Positions 26,500 through 32,000 of a stretch of 32,000 nucleotides of DNA are shown piece by piece. Every line of letters starts with the position of its first letter. Position 1 is the first letter of the stretch. The position numbers and the translations under genes were made by a program. A model generated the notes under the pieces. That model had not been told where the DNA came from and made no database searches. It saw only the letters and a list, made by a program, of their open reading frames with translations. The DNA is from Longivirga aurantiaca (GTDB lineage: Bacteria > Actinomycetota > Actinomycetes > S36-B12 > CAIYMF01): positions 690,001-722,000 of the forward strand of contig NZ_JBHSTI010000008.1 of NCBI RefSeq assembly GCF_042660085.1, written 5' to 3'.

Positions 26500-27765
26500 A
26501 TGACCTCTGCCACGCCCTTCGGCGCCGACTTCGGCGCGCTCGAGGCCACCGACCCCGAGATCGCCCGGATCCTCCTGGCCGAGCGCGACCGCCTGAACGA
26601 CGGCCTGCAGCTCATCGCCAGCGAGAACTTCACCTCGCCCGCGGTGCTCGCCGCGCTCGGCTCGACGCTGTCGAACAAGTACGCCGAGGGCTACCCCGGC
26701 CGCCGCTACTACGGCGGCTGCGAGGTCGTCGACCAGGCCGAGACCCTCGGCATCGAGCGGGCGAAGGCGCTCTTCGGCGCCGATCACGCCAACCTCCAGC
26801 CGCACAGCGGCGCCAGCGCCAACCTCGCGGTGTACGGAGCGTTCCTGCAGCCGGGCGACACGCTGCTGGCCATGAGCCTGCCGCACGGCGGCCATCTGAC
26901 CCACGGCACGAAGGTCTCGTTCTCCGGCAAGTGGTTCAACGCCGTGCACTACGGCGTCAGCCAGGAGACCGAGGACATCGACTACGACCAGATGCGCAGC
27001 CTGGCCCGCGAGCACCGCCCGAAGATGATCATCTGCGGCGGCTCGGCGATCCCGCGCCTCATCGACTTCGCGGCGTTCCGCGAGGTGGCCGACGAGGTCG
27101 GCGCGATCCTGTTCGTCGACGCCGCCCACTTCATCGGTCTCGTCGCCGGCAAGGCGATCCCGAGCCCGGTGCCGTACGCCGACGTCGTCACGTTCACCAC
27201 GCACAAGGTCCTGCGCGGGCCCCGCGGCGGCATGCTCGTGTGCAAGGCCGAGCACGCGGCCGCGCTCGACAAGGCTGTGTTCCCGATGATGCAGGGCGGT
27301 CCGCTCATGCACGCCGTGGCCGCCAAGGCCGTCGCCCTCAAGGAGTGCGCGACGCCGGAGTACCAGGCCTACGCGAAGCAGGTCATCGCCAACTCCCAGG
27401 CGCTGACGGCGGCGCTCGCGGAGGAGGGGATGCGCCCGATCACCGGCGGCACCGACACGCACCTGTCGCTGCTCGACCTCCAGGGCATCGGCGTCACGGG
27501 TGCCGAGGCCGAGGCCCGCGCCGGCGCCGCGAGGATCGTGCTCAACAAGAACGCGATCCCCTACGACCCGCAGCCGCCGAGCATCGCGTCCGGCATCCGG
27601 GTGGGCACGCCCGCCACCACCACTCAGGGGCTCGACGAGGCCGACATGAGGGTGGTCGCCTCGCTCATCTCCCGCGCGGTGAAGGACGCCGACGGGTCCG
27701 AGACGGCCGCCGTGGCCGCCGAGGTGCACGAGCTGGTCAAGAACAAGCCGGCGTACGCCTCCTGA
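26500..27765 (+). CDS. glyA: Serine hydroxymethyltransferase
   Basis: LIASENFTSPAVLAALGSTLSNKYAEGYPGRRYYGGCE, VDAAHFIGLVAGK, VTFTTHKVLRGPRGG. Start inferred inside ORF 24436-27765. Confidence 0.94.
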   Translation: MTSATPFGADFGALEATDPEIARILLAERDRLNDGLQLIASENFTSPAVLAALGSTLSNKYAEGYPGRRYYGGCEVVDQAETLGIERAKALFGADHANLQPHSGASANLAVYGAFLQPGDTLLAMSLPHGGHLTHGTKVSFSGKWFNAVHYGVSQETEDIDYDQMRSLAREHRPKMIICGGSAIPRLIDFAAFREVADEVGAILFVDAAHFIGLVAGKAIPSPVPYADVVTFTTHKVLRGPRGGMLVCKAEHAAALDKAVFPMMQGGPLMHAVAAKAVALKECATPEYQAYAKQVIANSQALTAALAEEGMRPITGGTDTHLSLLDLQGIGVTGAEAEARAGAARIVLNKNAIPYDPQPPSIASGIRVGTPATTTQGLDEADMRVVASLISRAVKDADGSETAAVAAEVHELVKNKPAYAS

Positions 27766-27780
27766 GGGCGCTGGCCTCCC

Positions 27781-28878
27781 GTGCGCGAATACCTCCTCTG
27801 CCTCACCATCGCGGCGGCGGTGACCTACCTGGTCACCCCGCTCGCGCGGCGCTTCGCGCTGCGGTGGGGCGCGATGGCGGAGGTGCGCGACCGGGACGTG
27901 CATGACGAGCCGACCCCGCGCCTCGGCGGGCTCGGGATGCTGGGCGGCCTCCTGGCCGCGATGCTCGTCGCGAGCCAGCTGCCGCTCATGCGATCGGTGT
28001 TCGAAGGGTCCAGCGAGCCGCTCGCGCTGCTGTCGGCCGCCGCGATCCTGGTCGTGCTCGGGATGCTCGACGACAAGTACGGCCTCGACGCCCCGACCAA
28101 GTTCGCCGGTCAGGCGCTCGCCGGCGCGGTGATGGCGCTGCAGGGCATCGCGATCGTCTGGCTGCCGATCGGCGGCACGCTCGTGCTCGACCCGCTCACC
28201 TCGGTGGTGCTCACCGTCCTCGTCGTGGTCGTGGCGGTGAACGCGATCAACTTCGTCGACGGCCTCGACGGCCTGGCTGCCGGGATCGTCGGCATCGGCG
28301 CGCTCGCGTTCTTCGCGTACTCCTACCTGCTGTCGTTCGAGTACGGCTTCACCCGGGCCACGATCGCGGCGCTCGTCTCGGCGATCCTCGCCGGCATGTG
28401 CGCGGGCTTCCTGCCCCACAACCTCAACCCGGCCCGGGTGTTCATGGGCGACACCGGCTCGATGCTCATCGGCCTGCTCATGGCGAGCTCGGTGATCACC
28501 CTGGTCGGCCAGCTCGACCCCAACGTCGTGCCCGGCCCCACCTTCGTGCCCGCGCTGCTCCCGATCCTGCTGCCCGCAGCGGTCATGGCCGTGCCGCTGC
28601 TCGACATGCTGCTGGCCGTCGTACGCCGGACCCGCGCCGGCCGGAGCCCGTTCTCGCCCGACAAGCAGCACCTGCACCACCGTCTGCTCGAGATCGGCCA
28701 CAGCCAGCGCCGCGCCGTCCTGCTCATGTACGGCTGGACCGGTCTGCTCGCCTTCACCGCCGTCGGGCTGGCCTTCGTGCCGGCAGGCGTCGCCATGGTC
28801 TGGTTCGTCTGCGGGGCCGCGATCCTCTTCGTCGCCGTCCGGTGGCCGAGGATGCGCGAGGCCCGGCGCGGGGCGTGA
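27781..28878 (+). CDS. MraY/WecA-like undecaprenyl-phosphate glycosyl-1-phosphate transferase
   Basis: Multi-TM. GMLDDKYGLDAPTKFAGQ, NAINFVDGLDGLAAG, NLNPARVFMGDTGSMLIG, DKQHLHHRLLEIGHSQR. Confidence 0.95.
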   Translation: MREYLLCLTIAAAVTYLVTPLARRFALRWGAMAEVRDRDVHDEPTPRLGGLGMLGGLLAAMLVASQLPLMRSVFEGSSEPLALLSAAAILVVLGMLDDKYGLDAPTKFAGQALAGAVMALQGIAIVWLPIGGTLVLDPLTSVVLTVLVVVVAVNAINFVDGLDGLAAGIVGIGALAFFAYSYLLSFEYGFTRATIAALVSAILAGMCAGFLPHNLNPARVFMGDTGSMLIGLLMASSVITLVGQLDPNVVPGPTFVPALLPILLPAAVMAVPLLDMLLAVVRRTRAGRSPFSPDKQHLHHRLLEIGHSQRRAVLLMYGWTGLLAFTAVGLAFVPAGVAMVWFVCGAAILFVAVRWPRMREARRGA

Positions 28879-28910
28879 CGCGGATCATCGCTGGCCGGTA
28901 CCGCTTTCAT

Positions 28911-28940
28911 TTGGGCGGCTACCGTCCGTTCATCTAGGCT
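28911..28940 (+). promoter_or_regulatory. Candidate leaderless promoter of the atp cluster
   Basis: TTGGGC-N18-TAGGCT with -10 ending 6 nt before the ATG at 28947. Confidence 0.55.
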
Positions 28941-28946
28941 GCGGAC

Positions 28947-29423
28947 ATGCCCGCCGCCACCGACGGACAACCCCTCGGCCCCACTCAGGCGTCTGCCGTC
29001 GCCCTCCGCACCGCTGCGATCCCTGCGGCCCTGGTCGGCGTGGCCGCCGTGGCGCTCGGCTGGTGGTTCAAGGGGCCGAACGGCGCCCTCGGTGCGGCTC
29101 TCGGAGCCATCGTCGCCATCGCGTTCTTCGCGATCGGCCAGTACGTCCTCGGCCGCATCCTCGACGGCAACCCCGACTTCGCGCTGTCGGCGGGGCTCCT
29201 GCTGTACCTGACGCAGGTCCTCGTCCTGTTCGGCCTGATCATCCTGCTGCGCGACGCCACCTGGCTCGACGGCCGCGTCTTCGGCATGGCGGTCCTGGCC
29301 GTCACCCTCGCCTGGATCGTCGGCTCCATCATCGCCTCGCAGCGCGTCAAGATCCTCTACGTCGACCCGTCGCTGTCCAAGGACCCGGTCGTCGACACCC
29401 CGCCGGCGGGGGAGCCGTCATGA
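28947..29423 (+). CDS. Small 4-TM membrane protein, AtpI-like (ATP synthase accessory) by topology and context
   Basis: 158 aa, four hydrophobic segments, immediately upstream of the atp genes. Confidence 0.65.
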   Translation: MPAATDGQPLGPTQASAVALRTAAIPAALVGVAAVALGWWFKGPNGALGAALGAIVAIAFFAIGQYVLGRILDGNPDFALSAGLLLYLTQVLVLFGLIILLRDATWLDGRVFGMAVLAVTLAWIVGSIIASQRVKILYVDPSLSKDPVVDTPPAGEPS

Positions 29424-29773
29424 GCACCGCGCCGGTCTCGCGCAGGCGCTCCGCCGCGCCCGTACCCCCGTCGGGGCACCGTGACGCGCAGTGGTACCGT
29501 CGGGCCGCGACGAAGGCGTCCGCGGCAGAGCCGGATGCGCAGGCCACAAGCCGCGTGTCCGACGATGCCGCCTGGTCGGTCGTCAGCCACATCGCGGCGG
29601 GGATCCTCCTGTACGGCGGCCTGGGCTGGCTCCTGGGGACGTGGCTGGGCAACCGCCCTCTGTTCGTCGCTGGAGGGGTCCTCCTCGGGGTCTCTCTCGC
29701 ACTCTTCATGCTGTTCCGCAAGCTCGAGTCCCTCGGACGAGAGCCCGAGACGCCGCGGGAGGACCCGTCATGA
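29420..29773 (+). CDS. AtpZ/AtpI family small membrane protein
   Basis: SHIAAGILLYGGLGWLLGTWLGNRPLFVAGGVLLGVSLALFMLFRKLESLG. ATGA overlap with the previous gene. Confidence 0.75.
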   Translation: MSTAPVSRRRSAAPVPPSGHRDAQWYRRAATKASAAEPDAQATSRVSDDAAWSVVSHIAAGILLYGGLGWLLGTWLGNRPLFVAGGVLLGVSLALFMLFRKLESLGREPETPREDPS

Positions 29774-29842
29774 CGGGCACCCGCACGGAGGTCGTCGCAC
29801 CGATGCCCGTCCTGACCGGCAGCACCCCCCAGGAGTCGTCCC

Positions 29843-30694
29843 GTGTCCGGTGAGCTGATCGCCGCAGCCGCTGAGTCGTGCCACCTCTCCACGGGTGGTT
29901 GCGGCTTCCCCGCGCCGGGCGCGGAGATCTTCTTCTTCGACGAGATCGCCAAGTTCACGATCGGGCAGACCGAGTTCGCGGTCACGAAGCCGATGATCCT
30001 GCTCTGGCTCGCGGTCGTGGTGGTCGTCGGCTTCTTCGTCCTCGCGTTCCGCAAGGCCAAGGTCGTCCCCGGCCGGGTGCAGGGCCTCGCCGAGTACGGC
30101 TACTTCTTCGTGCGCGACGGCATCGCCCGCGACACGATCGGCAAGGAGGGCGACCGCTTCGTCCCCTTGCTGTTCTCGTTCTTCTTCTTCATCTGGATGA
30201 ACAACCTCTGGGGCATCATCCCGTTCGCCCAGATCCCGGTGACGAGCAAGTTCGCCATCCCCGTGGCGTTCGCCGCGATCGTCTACCTCGCGTGGGTGCC
30301 GCTCGGCGTCAAGCGCCAGGGCCTGCTGCCGTTCTTCAAGGGCATGACAATGCCGCGCGACGTGCCCAAGGTGATGTACGTCCTGCTGATCCCGATCGAG
30401 ATCCTGTCGAACTTCATCGTGCGGCCGTTCACGCACGCGGTCCGTCTGTTCGCGAACATGTTCGCGGGCCACATGCTCCTCGCGACCTTCTCGATCGCCG
30501 CCTGGTACCTCTTCCCGGTCAACCTCTTCTCCGAGCCGAGCGGCGTCGCCGTCATCGGGCTCCTCGGCTCGGCGGCCTCGACCGTGGTCACCGTGGCGCT
30601 CACCGGGTTCGAGATGGGCATCCAGGCACTTCAGGCGTACGTCTTCACCCTGCTCGCCGCCGTCTACCTGAGCGACTCGGTGAACGCGCACTAG
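29843..30694 (+). CDS. atpB: F0F1 ATP synthase subunit a
   Basis: MNNLWGIIPFAQIPVTSKFAIPVAFA, LSNFIVRPFTHAVRLFANMFAGHMLL, GFEMGIQALQAYVFTLLAAVYLSDSVNAH. Confidence 0.97.
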   Translation: MSGELIAAAAESCHLSTGGCGFPAPGAEIFFFDEIAKFTIGQTEFAVTKPMILLWLAVVVVVGFFVLAFRKAKVVPGRVQGLAEYGYFFVRDGIARDTIGKEGDRFVPLLFSFFFFIWMNNLWGIIPFAQIPVTSKFAIPVAFAAIVYLAWVPLGVKRQGLLPFFKGMTMPRDVPKVMYVLLIPIEILSNFIVRPFTHAVRLFANMFAGHMLLATFSIAAWYLFPVNLFSEPSGVAVIGLLGSAASTVVTVALTGFEMGIQALQAYVFTLLAAVYLSDSVNAH

Positions 30695-30751
30695 ACCAGC
30701 ACCACCTGCTCCACGCTCGACCCAGGCTCGAACCACAGCTCCACTCCATGA

Positions 30752-31021
<270 letters not shown>

Positions 31022-31067
31022 TCGTCGCTCTCCGAGCTGAACGACCAACCATCCGAAGGGTGAACCT

Positions 31068-31610
31068 GTGAACCTCCTTGCAGCCTCCGAGGCACCGAAA
31101 GTCCTCGGCGTCCCTCTCGACGAGCTGGTGCTGGGGCTCTTCGCGTTCTTCGTCGTGCTCTGGGCGCTGAACAAGTTCGCGTTCCCCGGCATCAAGAAGG
31201 CGCTCGACGAGCGCAGCGCGGCCATCGAAGGCGGCATCGCCCGCTCCGAGGAGCGCGAGGCGCAGGCTCAGGCGCTGCTCGAGCAGTACCAGGCCCAGCT
31301 GGCCGAGGCCCGCACCGAGGCCGCCCAGATCCGGGCCCAGGCGCAGGCGGACAAGACGGCCATCATCGACGAGGCCCGTCGCGAGGCCACCGAGGCGGCA
31401 GCTGCCGTCACGGCTCGCGCCGAGGCAGCCATCGCCGCGGAGCGGGCGTCCACGGTCGCGTCGCTGCGCCGCGAGGTCGGAACCCTGGCCGTGTCGCTGG
31501 CCGGCAAGGTCGTGGGGGAGTCCCTCGAGGACGACGCCCGCGCCCGCGCCACGGTCGACCGGTTCATCGCCGACCTCGAGGCTGAGGCTGCGAACGGGGC
31601 GAACGCCTGA
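31068..31610 (+). CDS. atpF: F0F1 ATP synthase subunit b
   Basis: N-terminal TM, FPGIKKALDERSAAIEGGIARSEEREAQAQALLEQYQAQLAEARTEA. Confidence 0.95.
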   Translation: MNLLAASEAPKVLGVPLDELVLGLFAFFVVLWALNKFAFPGIKKALDERSAAIEGGIARSEEREAQAQALLEQYQAQLAEARTEAAQIRAQAQADKTAIIDEARREATEAAAAVTARAEAAIAAERASTVASLRREVGTLAVSLAGKVVGESLEDDARARATVDRFIADLEAEAANGANA

Positions 31611-32000
31611 TGCTCGGTTCCTCCCGCCACTCCTTCGCCGCCCTGCGGACGTCGCTCGACGCCCGCAGCGGCGAGGCCGGCTTCGGCACGGTCGCCAGCG
31701 ACCTGCTCGCGGTCGCGGGGCTGCTGGGCCACGAGAAGTCGCTGCGCCAGACGCTGGCGGACTCCGGCCAGCCGGGCGACACCCGCGGTGCCATCGTGCG
31801 CGACCTGTTCGGCGGCAAGGTGTCCGACACCTCGCTCGCCGTGCTCGACGAGGTCGTGTCGGCGCGCTGGTCGAACGACGTCGACATGGTCGACGCCGTC
31901 GAGCAGCTCGGGGCGCAGGCGGCGTTCACCGTCGCCGAGGCCGACGGCTCGCTCGACCGCGTGGAGGAGGAGCTCTTCCGCGTCGGACGCGCCGTCGACG
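31610..32000 (+). CDS. atpH: F0F1 ATP synthase subunit delta (3' end truncated by window edge)
   Basis: Position after atpF with ATGA overlap. SLDARSGEAGFGTVASDLLAVAGLLGHEKSLRQTLADSGQPGDTRGAIVRDLFGGKVS. Confidence 0.9.
   Translation, partial: MLGSSRHSFAALRTSLDARSGEAGFGTVASDLLAVAGLLGHEKSLRQTLADSGQPGDTRGAIVRDLFGGKVSDTSLAVLDEVVSARWSNDVDMVDAVEQLGAQAAFTVAEADGSLDRVEEELFRVGRAVD

Overview
This is a 32 kb window of a high-GC actinobacterial chromosome, Cellulomonas/Cellulosimicrobium-like by inference. It is mostly a conserved housekeeping backbone: ALDH (partial), nitroreductase, two L,D-transpeptidases, GGDEF-EAL, lipid kinase, dienelactone hydrolase, PG-binding/lytic protein, trmB, tRNA-Arg(CCG), argS-lysA-hom-thrC-thrB-rho, then rpmE-prfA-prmC-tsaC-glyA-wecA-like, then atpI/Z-like genes and atpB-E-F-H (partial). 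The most interesting accessory element is a two-gene locus between rho and rpmE. Its first gene encodes a short exported protein with a SipW/TasA-type signal region. Its second encodes a SipW-like S26 signal peptidase fused, through an acidic linker and an internal substrate-like signal/TM segment, to a LamG-like domain. The first gene has an upstream motif, CTCAA-N15-GCCGATGA, that matches sigma28/WhiG-type promoters. The same motif with identical spacing lies upstream of the GGDEF-EAL gene on the other strand, which suggests co-regulation. Other signals are a strong c-di-AMP (ydaO/yuaA) riboswitch candidate, a 102-bp tandem duplication that includes the 3' end of tRNA-Arg, a Q/N- and R-rich N-terminal insertion in Rho, and a set of leaderless-type promoters. 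All calls come from reading the sequence and ORF translations; no database search was run.
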